In this document: positions 1-8,882 of the stretch, one piece after another
How the letters are laid out: every line of letters begins with the position of its first letter
How positions within the stretch are numbered: position 1 is the first letter of the stretch
Position numbers and translations under genes: made by a program
IMG/VR virus record: IMGVR_UViG_3300050120_000230
Coordinates: 124,001 to 188,000 of that record
DNA length: 64,000 nucleotides
Reading direction: 5' to 3' (one strand)
Notes under the pieces: model-generated
The model's input: only the letters and a program-made list of their open reading frames with translations
The model's database searches: none
What the model was told of the DNA's origin: nothing

Positions 1-2
1 AC

Positions 3-1208
3 GAAGTCAACCAATATAACAAGAAACGCTGGATCACTACCGGCTTCAAGCTGCAACCCATGCGGATCGTTCTCTACGATACCGCAGACAGCTTGGTCAT
101 GCGGATGTGGGATGAGTATTCTCGTTGGTATTTCGGCGACTTCAACCAAGACGATGAAACTCAATTTCGATATGACGTGACGACCGCTGATTTCCTCGGT
201 GATGACATCGGCTTTGGTTTCGTGCCTCGTCCATCGGCGGCGTCAACTGATGGTAAGGACTCTTCACTCGATCTGAACTCACAATTCTTCTTCGATGCTA
301 TCGAAGTCTATCAAGTCTTCGGTGGTGAGTTCACGCAGTTCGATCTCATCAATCCCAAAATCGGCACGTTTGACCCGGACGAACTCGATTACTCGGCTTC
401 CGAGCCCGCGACGATTTCGATGACGCTCAATTTTGAAGCGATCATCTATCGCAACGGTGGTGCACCGACACCGATCAGCAGTAATTCCGACATCGCTGCC
501 GTGTTCGATGAAGACTTCGACGGTGACACCTTCGATGTGACCGGCGCGGCCGTGCGACACAATCTCTCGACGATGTCACCTTCGTTGATCCCGTTCGGCG
601 TCGATGACTTTCGCCGCGATCCGATCTCGGAAGCTACCGGGCTTTTGGACAATTCGGGTAACACCATCGGCGGCGGCGCCCTTGGGCAATTCGGTAATCT
701 GGATTTTGGATCACTGCGCGCAGCCGTGCGAGCAGGGAAGGGCATCGCGGGAGATGTCTCCTACTTGGCCAGTGGCAACATCGGCCTATCCACTCTCTTG
801 AACTTGCCGGTTGGAGGATCGTCCTCAACGATTAACGATCTACAATCGCGCCTTGGCCTGCCGCAACAGTCCCCGCGCGCGATCCTCGGTTCCACACTTG
901 ACGCTGCCACGGGCGCTCTTAAGGGGCGCGGCGGCGGTAGTGAGTTCGGAGACGACTACATCGACGATAATCTCGTTGGCGGTGTCGCGGCTAGTGCCTC
1001 CATCGACGACAGCAGTATCGGTGACCAATTGACACCAACTGGTCAGAGCGGATTGCTTCTGAACTCGCAGTCTTACGGCGTCATCAATGCACAACGTCCG
1101 AGTTACAGCCAAATTGGCTACAACGACAGCTATTCGACTTCATACAGCAGCAACAGTAGTGATGACAGTCTGTCAATTTCTACTGATTCGGACCCCATCG
1201 ATATCTAA
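3..1208 (+). CDS. Tail tube / baseplate-tube initiator-like virion protein (5' partial)
   Basis: Frame is open from the window edge. Segment FDLINPKI...ISMTLNFEAIIY resembles the T4 gp19/gp54 fold; lies directly upstream of the head completion gene. Confidence 0.55.
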   Translation, partial: EVNQYNKKRWITTGFKLQPMRIVLYDTADSLVMRMWDEYSRWYFGDFNQDDETQFRYDVTTADFLGDDIGFGFVPRPSAASTDGKDSSLDLNSQFFFDAIEVYQVFGGEFTQFDLINPKIGTFDPDELDYSASEPATISMTLNFEAIIYRNGGAPTPISSNSDIAAVFDEDFDGDTFDVTGAAVRHNLSTMSPSLIPFGVDDFRRDPISEATGLLDNSGNTIGGGALGQFGNLDFGSLRAAVRAGKGIAGDVSYLASGNIGLSTLLNLPVGGSSSTINDLQSRLGLPQQSPRAILGSTLDAATGALKGRGGGSEFGDDYIDDNLVGGVAASASIDDSSIGDQLTPTGQSGLLLNSQSYGVINAQRPSYSQIGYNDSYSTSYSSNSSDDSLSISTDSDPIDI

Positions 1209-1654
1209 TGGCAAAGTCTAAGTTCAGTCAGGGACAATATGCTCCCAATCATCCCGAAAAGATCATTGGCAAGACGCCAATTGTCTATAGGTCTAGTTGG
1301 GAAATGAGCTTGATGCGGGTATTCGATGAGAACCCCGCAGTCCTGCAATGGAGTTCCGAAAGCATTTCTATTCCGTATCAAAATCCGTTGACTGGTAAAT
1401 GGTCTTTGTATCTTCCCGACTTCTTCGTGATATATATGGATAAGAACAACGGAAAGCACGCAGAGATCATTGAGATCAAACCGTGGAAGGAAGACCCGAG
1501 AAACCCGGCCAAAGCCAGTGCTCGCACTAGACTGACACAGGCTATCAATCAAGCAAAGTGGACCGCTGCTATGGTCTACTGTCAGAAACGGAAATGGCAT
1601 TTCCGCATCATGACTGAGCGTGATCTGTTCGGCCTACCCGGTAAGAAGAAATAA
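1208..1654 (+). CDS. Head completion endonuclease (T4 gp4-like, PD-(D/E)xK)
   Basis: YRSSWE...F...WSSE...IPY...Y.PDF...EIKP motifs. Confidence 0.85.
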   Translation: MAKSKFSQGQYAPNHPEKIIGKTPIVYRSSWEMSLMRVFDENPAVLQWSSESISIPYQNPLTGKWSLYLPDFFVIYMDKNNGKHAEIIEIKPWKEDPRNPAKASARTRLTQAINQAKWTAAMVYCQKRKWHFRIMTERDLFGLPGKKK

Positions 1655-1657
1655 CCC

Positions 1658-2188
1658 ATGACCAAAATGATTGAACACACCTTGAATCTTCCGAGCATGG
1701 AAGACATTCTGAAGAGCACTGAGCCCACGGGCGATGCTGACGCAGAATTGGAACTGGAATTTGACAACGCGATCAACGAAGCCGCACTGAGTTCGGCTGT
1801 CGCACTCGCGGACGCGGCGGACAGGCATTTGGCGATCCAAGATGGAGACGGCCATTCGCAAGCGATGGACGAAATCCACAAAGAGACACTGAAGACGGCC
1901 CGTGACCTCGTCGATCTTGGTTTCAACGTCGATCAACGGTCGGCCGCCACCATCTTCGAAAAAGCCAACATGATGTATAAGACCGCACTCGATGCGAAGA
2001 GCACCAAGCGCGACATGCAGCTTAAGACGATGAAGTTGATGCTCGATCAACGAAAGATGGAATTGGAAGAGCGCAGGCTTCAACATGAAATGGGCGACGT
2101 GCCGGTGGATGCCGAAGCAACCATTGTGGAAGATCGCAACGAACTCATCAAGCGTATCCGAGATCAGGCAGCTTCCGACAAAGCCTAA
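1658..2188 (+). CDS. Hypothetical protein, structural operon
   Basis: 176-aa ORF abutting the gp4-like gene. Confidence 0.75.
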   Translation: MTKMIEHTLNLPSMEDILKSTEPTGDADAELELEFDNAINEAALSSAVALADAADRHLAIQDGDGHSQAMDEIHKETLKTARDLVDLGFNVDQRSAATIFEKANMMYKTALDAKSTKRDMQLKTMKLMLDQRKMELEERRLQHEMGDVPVDAEATIVEDRNELIKRIRDQAASDKA

Positions 2189-2820
2189 GTCACTCGTCCT
2201 TCGAGGATGACCAGACCGTTTCGCGGGTCACCAACGAGCCCCTCGTTCATGGCCAGCATCGGCCATTCTTCCGCGAAGAGCGTCACATCATAGGTCAAGT
2301 AGCCACCGCCACCGCCGCTTCCCGCATGAATAGCCGTGCCGTCGAGGATATCAGACGAGAAGTTCGAATATCCTTTGAGGTAGAAGCGGATAGAACCCTT
2401 CCAACCGGGATAGCCTTTGGGCAAATGATCTTTCCCAGCCCAATTCTGGGGTTTACCTGCGGGTGCGTTGTGACTGTTGCTGCAACAATCACTCCACCGC
2501 ATGTTTCGAAAGGTGAACTCCTTGAAGCAAAAGTCTTCTGGGATTTTCCCTTTGGATTTCTGAAGACGATACGAAGTTGAATTGTGGACGATTTGACGCT
2601 CGTAAAGTAGGCGTCCGTTCGCAACCAACCATTCTTCGATCTCATGGAAACTACCAAGGCGATAACGGTCGCGCATAACCTCGTCGGCTTTCGCCAGCCG
2701 CGCAATACGACTGCGTTTCACCCACCGCGCCGCAGACCGGCGGCACAGATGGCGTCGATAGTCGATGGTCTCTTCGAATAGAGAACCGGTCTTCCGGCAT
2801 TTCCAGACTTCGACTCGCAT
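2185..2820 (-). CDS. Hypothetical protein
   Basis: 211-aa ORF with TTGACG-N16-TAAGAC promoter immediately upstream. Confidence 0.75.
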   Translation of the reverse strand: MRVEVWKCRKTGSLFEETIDYRRHLCRRSAARWVKRSRIARLAKADEVMRDRYRLGSFHEIEEWLVANGRLLYERQIVHNSTSYRLQKSKGKIPEDFCFKEFTFRNMRWSDCCSNSHNAPAGKPQNWAGKDHLPKGYPGWKGSIRFYLKGYSNFSSDILDGTAIHAGSGGGGGYLTYDVTLFAEEWPMLAMNEGLVGDPRNGLVILEGRVT

Positions 2821-2864
2821 CTCATCGTCTTAGCAGAGTTTCCTATCTCGTCAACCAGATGCGG

Positions 2865-2871
2865 ATAAATA
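2865..2871 (+). promoter_or_regulatory. T4-like late promoter (A/C)TAAATA
   Basis: The same heptamer precedes late genes at 10815, 15341, 17526, 20648, 21230, 22676, 32199, 40167, 42584 and 48757 (+) and at 10762, 29491, 38114, 38441 and 45877 (-). Confidence 0.7.
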
Positions 2872-2899
2872 AGTAGAAACCGCCTTTTCGGGGATAATC

Positions 2900-3676
2900 A
2901 TGGACTTGAAACAGTATATCGCTGAGAGTGAGCGCACTTACACCTACCGGCTGAAGACTATCGTTCCGCTCGACGACTATGCTATGGATCGTATCGAGCG
3001 GGTCTGCATGAAGTATCAACCGCTTGACATCAGCAAGCCTCGCAAGACTCTGATGCAGAAAAACCCGCTCGATTTCACGAACATCGACGCTGCCGAAGTG
3101 TGGATCGTCGATCTGGAATTTGCACAACCCGCCAGCAGCTATGCTCTTGGACAAGAAGTCCGTCATGCTCTGGGTGTTCCTGAGAACAACGTCATCGTGC
3201 GTGGTTCAAACGATCCGACAGAAGTCGAAAGTGAGCGCCTCGTCGCCAGCGAAGAAATCGCGGCCGAAGCGAAGGAACAAGGTCTGACGCCTTCCGGCCT
3301 CTTGACCGATCCCACCTATTCCGAAGTGACACCCGGCGCCGATCTCTACGGCAAAGTGCACAACGAAAAGTTCCTCGACTATCTCCGCACCGTTCAGAAA
3401 GAACGCGAAGCGAAGAGCAGAGTGGACGCTCCCAATCCGCTGTTCCGCTGGATGGACATGCCCGAAGCGACCCCGGACGATGATGGCGCCTACAATGCCG
3501 ACATTCCCAATGCTCCGCGCATTGGTAAGGCCGGGAAAGACGCGAAGCCGGACGAGACCGTGAGCGACAAGGGTATCCTCACCGACCGCAAGCGCACCTA
3601 CAAGCGCCAATATGGCAAAGACGGCGAGCGCACGACGTTGAGCCGTTCGGTGGACACCACGAAAGACCCGAAATGA
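2900..3676 (+). CDS. Hypothetical virion-associated protein
   Basis: 258 aa, late promoter, N-terminus MDLKQYIAES. Confidence 0.8.
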   Translation: MDLKQYIAESERTYTYRLKTIVPLDDYAMDRIERVCMKYQPLDISKPRKTLMQKNPLDFTNIDAAEVWIVDLEFAQPASSYALGQEVRHALGVPENNVIVRGSNDPTEVESERLVASEEIAAEAKEQGLTPSGLLTDPTYSEVTPGADLYGKVHNEKFLDYLRTVQKEREAKSRVDAPNPLFRWMDMPEATPDDDGAYNADIPNAPRIGKAGKDAKPDETVSDKGILTDRKRTYKRQYGKDGERTTLSRSVDTTKDPK

Positions 3677-4329
3677 CCGACAGCCTCATTCTTGACCGGC
3701 TCCACACCGTGATGAATGATGCGGGGATCGATGACCACGAAATCATTGGCGGCGTCCGCCTCACGCCCGTTGGCTATCAGAAGCTTGCGGCGAAGATGAA
3801 GGTTGGTTTCAGGGACATCAACGGCATGATTAACGAACTCATCACGAAAGTGCGTGATGAGCAAAGTCTCGTTGCTGAAGCCTATAGCGATCTTCTCGAC
3901 GAAGATGATGAACGCTACAGCTTCGAAAAGGACTATCTCCGCAACGTTACCATCCACGACAAGGTGACGGGGCAAGACACATATCTTCAGGGCTCAGAAG
4001 CCAGCGAGATGCTCGGCCTGCTGGCATCTGGTATGACCGACAAACAGACGATTCTCGCACAGTATGCGGATGCTGAGCAGCCGATGAACGAGGATGCCGG
4101 AGATGTTAACGACACCTTCGAACCCGAACTCGAAATGGATCACGGTTCGTATAATTTTCCGTGGAAAGTCGGCAATCATCATGGCACCGCCACGGTGACG
4201 TATTCGGGGAAAGGCAACATCAAGCTTGTCTCGGTGCGCGACACTGAAGGGAACGAAATCCCCGACGTGGATCAAGCCGAATCCGATCTCATCACCCAGC
4301 AAGCCGTGGCGTTCATCGGAGACGCTTGA
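3673..4329 (+). CDS. Hypothetical protein
   Basis: 218 aa, ATGA overlap with the previous gene. Confidence 0.8.
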   Translation: MTDSLILDRLHTVMNDAGIDDHEIIGGVRLTPVGYQKLAAKMKVGFRDINGMINELITKVRDEQSLVAEAYSDLLDEDDERYSFEKDYLRNVTIHDKVTGQDTYLQGSEASEMLGLLASGMTDKQTILAQYADAEQPMNEDAGDVNDTFEPELEMDHGSYNFPWKVGNHHGTATVTYSGKGNIKLVSVRDTEGNEIPDVDQAESDLITQQAVAFIGDA

Positions 4330-4829
4330 TGAGAATCCACGACCTCTTCGAGGCCAGCGCCGACGCGGAGCATTTCGATGCACTCGACCGCACGGGGTTC
4401 TTCGGAGCGGCCGGAGCAGGCTGCGTGTTTCTAGCTCAAGACACGGGCCGTCTACTTCTCGCGCATCGTTCAGCAGATGTTGAACAGCCCCACACTTGGG
4501 GTGGCTGGGGCGGCGCCATCAATCGTGGCGAAAATCCCGAGGAAGCCGTTCGTCGCGAAGTGAGCGAAGAAGCCGGGTATCACGGAAACTACGAACTGCA
4601 ACCTCTGTTCGTATTCGCGTCCGGCAGCTTCCGCTATTACAATTTCCTCGTCATCGTCGATGAGGAGTTCAAGCCCCAACTGGATTGGGAAACGCAGGGT
4701 TTCGAATGGTGCGATTGGGGTCATTGGCCCACGCCGTTGCACTTCGGTCTGGTGTCGTTGTTTGGTGATCCCGCCAGCGCGAAGAAAATCCAAGCTGACA
4801 TCGCAGCCATCAAGCAGAATAAGACGTAA
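4329..4829 (+). CDS. Nudix hydrolase
   Basis: Nudix box GGAINRGENPEEAVRREVSEEAG. Confidence 0.9.
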   Translation: MRIHDLFEASADAEHFDALDRTGFFGAAGAGCVFLAQDTGRLLLAHRSADVEQPHTWGGWGGAINRGENPEEAVRREVSEEAGYHGNYELQPLFVFASGSFRYYNFLVIVDEEFKPQLDWETQGFEWCDWGHWPTPLHFGLVSLFGDPASAKKIQADIAAIKQNKT

Positions 4830-4888
4830 TTTCGTTTGCCAATTCCAATGCGCTGTGTAAGGTCGAGTGATCTTCACGGAGGCTACCT

Positions 4889-5317
4889 ATGGCATTTGAT
4901 TCTGAGGCCATCGACGGAACACGCGGTATGACCTTGCTGGGTCCTGACGGCGATCTTGAGATCGCGTGGGATTCCGAGAGCGAGGAAAAGGTCCGCGCGC
5001 TCATCGAAAAGAAAATGAGCGAAGGCGTGACCTTCTTCGTCATGCAGCCCATCGTCGGCGATGTGCTCCACATGCGTCGAAAAGTGACACGCGCCAGCCA
5101 ACTGGCCAAGGTCTCCAAGGTCACCATCAAGGACCCTGACATCGACGCGATGTTCTCGGCCGGTGAAATCGGTCTCTTCCGCGCAAATGGCGCCGAAGTG
5201 AACACCGGCGAAGCCGTTCGTGTTCGCGACGCCAAAGGCAAGCTCGATCACAGGGCGGCCAGCAAGGTGGCGGTGAAGCAACGCACCGTGGGCGTCCGAG
5301 CCCTCCAAGGGGGCTAA
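4889..5317 (+). CDS. Hypothetical protein
   Basis: 142 aa, GGAGG RBS. Confidence 0.8.
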   Translation: MAFDSEAIDGTRGMTLLGPDGDLEIAWDSESEEKVRALIEKKMSEGVTFFVMQPIVGDVLHMRRKVTRASQLAKVSKVTIKDPDIDAMFSAGEIGLFRANGAEVNTGEAVRVRDAKGKLDHRAASKVAVKQRTVGVRALQGG

Positions 5318-5320
5318 GCC

Positions 5321-6862
5321 GTGCCCGCCGCTGATGTGCAATACGTGCTCGATGGTTCGCTAGAAGCGGGCCACATCAGCGGTGACACGCATTTCTATCT
5401 CATGGAGATCGCCACCAACTCCAACGAGTTGATGGATGCCCATGAAGCCGAAGATCGTGATCGCCCGGCGGCCGAATCGCATTGGGCCAATCTCGCACGC
5501 ATGGGCCTCTACTTTGAGAGCCATTATGTGGATTGGCGGGCGAGTCATCCAGCCGAAGCTCGTATGGCCTCATTGCAGGGCCTCCGACACGTCCCCGAGA
5601 CGTTTCGCGAGTTCACCCAAGCCTGTTCACACAAAATGGCTGAACGGGGCCACAGGGCTCTTACACCCGCCGCGTTGGACATGCTGGACAAGGTCTTCGA
5701 GTTCAAGACGACGACGCGTGTCATGCGTCGAACTATGGCTCGGGCTGCTGCCGATTTCGCCGGGGCGTCACCAACTGAGCTAAGCGATGTTCGAACCCTG
5801 ATTGAAAATCGCTATGCAGACAATCGCCGCGCGCATGATGAGGCGATGCAGCGCCTTCAACAGAACATGCACACTCAGGTCAACAATTTCTGGGTGACCG
5901 TCACCAACGGCACCAATGCGACCACCAACAATTGGCGAGCGCATGTGAATGGCGTCTCACCGGAGAACTATCATCACAACGAGACCCAGTTCAAAAAGAC
6001 GCAGAAGATGTTGCGTGAACGGAAAGCTGACGAACGGCGAGTGCTGAAGCGCAGCATCAAGTTCTTCAGCAAGCTCGTTGGTTCTGACACTACGCGCGTG
6101 TTCATCGGCGGCGGCGGTATCCGCTTCGAGGGCAAACACGCGATCTACGAAATGAAGAAGATGTCGGGCATGATGAACTCGCATGGCGGGTTCCGAGCTT
6201 TGTCCGTCTATCACAAAGATCATCCCGATCTGATGCTCTGCAATCTGTGCATTGCCACGGACAAGGTTCCGTTGCTTGACCACGTCGCCAGCCTCATCAT
6301 GCACATCAAGTCGGGCAATGAGGAAGAAATCCTCAAGATCGGCAACGCTCGTGAAATTCACGAGACGGCCAGAGATTACGACTGGTTGGAGCCACATCTC
6401 CCCAAACCTTTCGACCGTGAAGGCCCACTGAACTGGGATCATCCTCGTCTGTTTGAACGCGATGAGTCACCCGGCTATCGTCGCAAACGGGAACGGATCG
6501 AAGCAGAAGCAATTCGGCTCCGGCCGATCATTGCCCGATACCTCTATGATGAAGTGCTCGCGGATTACATGCCACTCGTGCGCGCCGCAGGCTTGGCGAT
6601 CCGTAGTCCCGAATATCAATGGGCCACTGTGCAGACGGTCAACGCGACGGTCGGCACGAACGCGACGATGACAATCCCGTCGCCGTTCATGGGCCAAGCC
6701 GTTCCCACCCCGGTCGATCATCGTTTTTGCACACACGCCACGACGGTCGAACTTCTGAATCGTCCGTTGGTCGAACCGCTAGTTCCCGGTTTCGAAATGC
6801 AGATGGGGGCGGACTGGACTCCGCTTCCTGCCGCAGCCGAGACCGAATGGGTTGATGCCTAG
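5321..6862 (+). CDS. Hypothetical protein (513 aa)
   Basis: Long ORF, GTG start 3 nt after the previous stop; no family recognised. Confidence 0.8.
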   Translation: MPAADVQYVLDGSLEAGHISGDTHFYLMEIATNSNELMDAHEAEDRDRPAAESHWANLARMGLYFESHYVDWRASHPAEARMASLQGLRHVPETFREFTQACSHKMAERGHRALTPAALDMLDKVFEFKTTTRVMRRTMARAAADFAGASPTELSDVRTLIENRYADNRRAHDEAMQRLQQNMHTQVNNFWVTVTNGTNATTNNWRAHVNGVSPENYHHNETQFKKTQKMLRERKADERRVLKRSIKFFSKLVGSDTTRVFIGGGGIRFEGKHAIYEMKKMSGMMNSHGGFRALSVYHKDHPDLMLCNLCIATDKVPLLDHVASLIMHIKSGNEEEILKIGNAREIHETARDYDWLEPHLPKPFDREGPLNWDHPRLFERDESPGYRRKRERIEAEAIRLRPIIARYLYDEVLADYMPLVRAAGLAIRSPEYQWATVQTVNATVGTNATMTIPSPFMGQAVPTPVDHRFCTHATTVELLNRPLVEPLVPGFEMQMGADWTPLPAAAETEWVDA

Positions 6863-6959
6863 TAGTATTTGATGCTGCGGCGTCAATAGTATTTGACGAG
6901 CCTCTTTCCATAATCTAAATAGAGATTCACATCGCGCTCGCTCTGCGACTGCCTGAGAC

Positions 6960-7397
6960 GTGAACTTACCGACTGTTCCTCTGGGATTTGGACCGCTGTC
7001 CACCCCGGAACAGAAGGAGAAGAACATGTTTTTTGGTGATTTCACGAGCAAGCAAGATGTCTGTAAAGAGTTTAGTATTTCCGATTTTGAAGGCACTGTC
7101 GTCTTCGCGGCCTATGAGTATGAAGATTACAGCGGCTCCGCTGAGGTGATCTTCGTCCATGACGGGAAGTTCTTCATGGTCCAAGGGGGGCACTGCTCCT
7201 GCAACGGCCTTGAAGATCAGTGGGAACCTATCGAGATGCCGATTGAGGGGCTTCGGCGAATCATCGGCGACGGATGTGGAATGCTTTCCAAGTTTCGAGA
7301 GGGCCTCTCCGAGGCGCTCGAAATGTTGGTGGTGTTGAACCTTGAAGGCGCGTCCCCGGATGTTGTCTACACGGCTCTGAAACTCGCTTATGGATGA
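6960..7397 (+). CDS. Hypothetical phage protein
   Basis: GGHCSCNGLE.QWEP motif; start may be the ATG at 7026; followed by a hairpin and T-run. Confidence 0.75.
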   Translation: MNLPTVPLGFGPLSTPEQKEKNMFFGDFTSKQDVCKEFSISDFEGTVVFAAYEYEDYSGSAEVIFVHDGKFFMVQGGHCSCNGLEDQWEPIEMPIEGLRRIIGDGCGMLSKFREGLSEALEMLVVLNLEGASPDVVYTALKLAYG

Positions 7398-7437
7398 GAC
7401 AACGAGGCTCGCAGGGGAAACCCGGCGGGCCTTTTGT

Positions 7438-8298
7438 TTAACTGACGATGAACGATCCCGAAGCGGTGAACGTGTGGATCGTGAAACCCCCGGACGTGGT
7501 AATCGTCCCACCGGTAGCGGTCAACGTGCCCGTCAAGTAGCGGACGATGACCACACCTGATCCGCCTGATCCTGATGTCGCTGTGTTTGCGGCGCCGCCG
7601 CCCCCGCCACCACGATTTGCGACTGCGCTCCCACCTGTGGTTGAAGCTCCACCATTACCCGCACCAGAACCACCACTGCCCGCACGGCTTGATCCACCGC
7701 CGGTGCCATAACCGCCGCCGCCCCCGGAACCATATACAACTGCTGTGCCGGTGATCGAACTTGTGAAACCTGCACCGCCGTCACCGTTTGGAGCGGAAGC
7801 AGAAGTTGAACCGAGATTGCCCGCTTGCGTAGCGCCGCCGCCACCACCGCCAGTCGGGCCGCCGCTCGTCCCACCACCGGCGTTGCCTTGCCCAACAACT
7901 CCGTTGCTGGTGGCCGTAGCCGAGTTACCATTTCCGCCGCCGCCAGAACCACCGTCGTTGCCGGGGCCGGGACTAGAATTGGAAGAACCAGCGCCACCAC
8001 CAATAGAGACAATACTAACTGCGTTACCGATTAACGAAGAGTTGGCGCCGTTGTTTCGTGAGCCATCGTTTGCGTGGCCTACACCACCCGCGCCGACAAT
8101 GACGGCATAGCTCCCGGCCGCCACAGTAGTGTTTCCGGCAAGGACCCCACCGCCGCCACCACCACCGCCGCCGTCTGTGTTTCCGCCACCGGCGGTTCCA
8201 CCGGAACCCCCACCGCCAACCACCAAGAATTCAAGCGGGCCAGAGGCAACCGCGTGAGTTTTGGAGATGACACCTCGCATTGATGGCAGGATGAGCAT
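7438..8298 (-). CDS. Glycine-rich virion/fibre-associated protein
   Basis: GGGG repeats, EFLVVGGGGSGG and GSGGSGVVIVRY motifs. Confidence 0.85.
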   Translation of the reverse strand: MLILPSMRGVISKTHAVASGPLEFLVVGGGGSGGTAGGGNTDGGGGGGGGGVLAGNTTVAAGSYAVIVGAGGVGHANDGSRNNGANSSLIGNAVSIVSIGGGAGSSNSSPGPGNDGGSGGGGNGNSATATSNGVVGQGNAGGGTSGGPTGGGGGGATQAGNLGSTSASAPNGDGGAGFTSSITGTAVVYGSGGGGGYGTGGGSSRAGSGGSGAGNGGASTTGGSAVANRGGGGGGAANTATSGSGGSGVVIVRYLTGTLTATGGTITTSGGFTIHTFTASGSFIVS

Positions 8299-8882
8299 TA
8301 GTAAAGCCCACCATGACCGCTAACGAGGCCGCCATTGAGAATGGTTGCACCGTAGGTTCGGAAGCCGCTCTGCGGCAGACTCATCAAGAAGATATTCGAT
8401 CCCGGTAGGACTGCTTCTCGAACCGTGGATGGTGTTCCACTGATTCGTTGCATGTAAAAAACACTGTTGGGTCGGTCTATGGCAATTCGATATGTGCCAG
8501 TTACCAAGGCTGATGAGTCACCAGCAGAAATCGTGGTAGCATCGCCAAACCAATTACCACTCCAATACCATGCTTTGTAATTCGCAGAAGTCGTGTAAGC
8601 AAACGATCCGACAGTATTGGACAAACCCAAAAACCCAACCGATGATGGTGAGGAATCTTGGCCAGATGCTAGAGTGATATCGATGTAATACTGGCCGCTA
8701 CTAGGAAGCACACCGCTGAATACACCGAAGGTATTTGTGTTGTTAGATGTGGTCGCCGAAAAGGTTGGACCCGGAGATGCCAAGGAGACAGTATCTCCCA
8801 ATGCCGTGATCCAATTCACCGACGACAGCAGGGTGAGCCCAGTAGGCTTCATTGCCCCGCGCATCGTCGGTAGAATAATCAA
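8298..8882 (-). CDS. Virion accessory beta-rich protein
   Basis: Shares the N-terminus M(L/I)ILP(S/T)MRG with its neighbour. Confidence 0.75.
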   Translation of the reverse strand: MIILPTMRGAMKPTGLTLLSSVNWITALGDTVSLASPGPTFSATTSNNTNTFGVFSGVLPSSGQYYIDITLASGQDSSPSSVGFLGLSNTVGSFAYTTSANYKAWYWSGNWFGDATTISAGDSSALVTGTYRIAIDRPNSVFYMQRISGTPSTVREAVLPGSNIFLMSLPQSGFRTYGATILNGGLVSGHGGLY

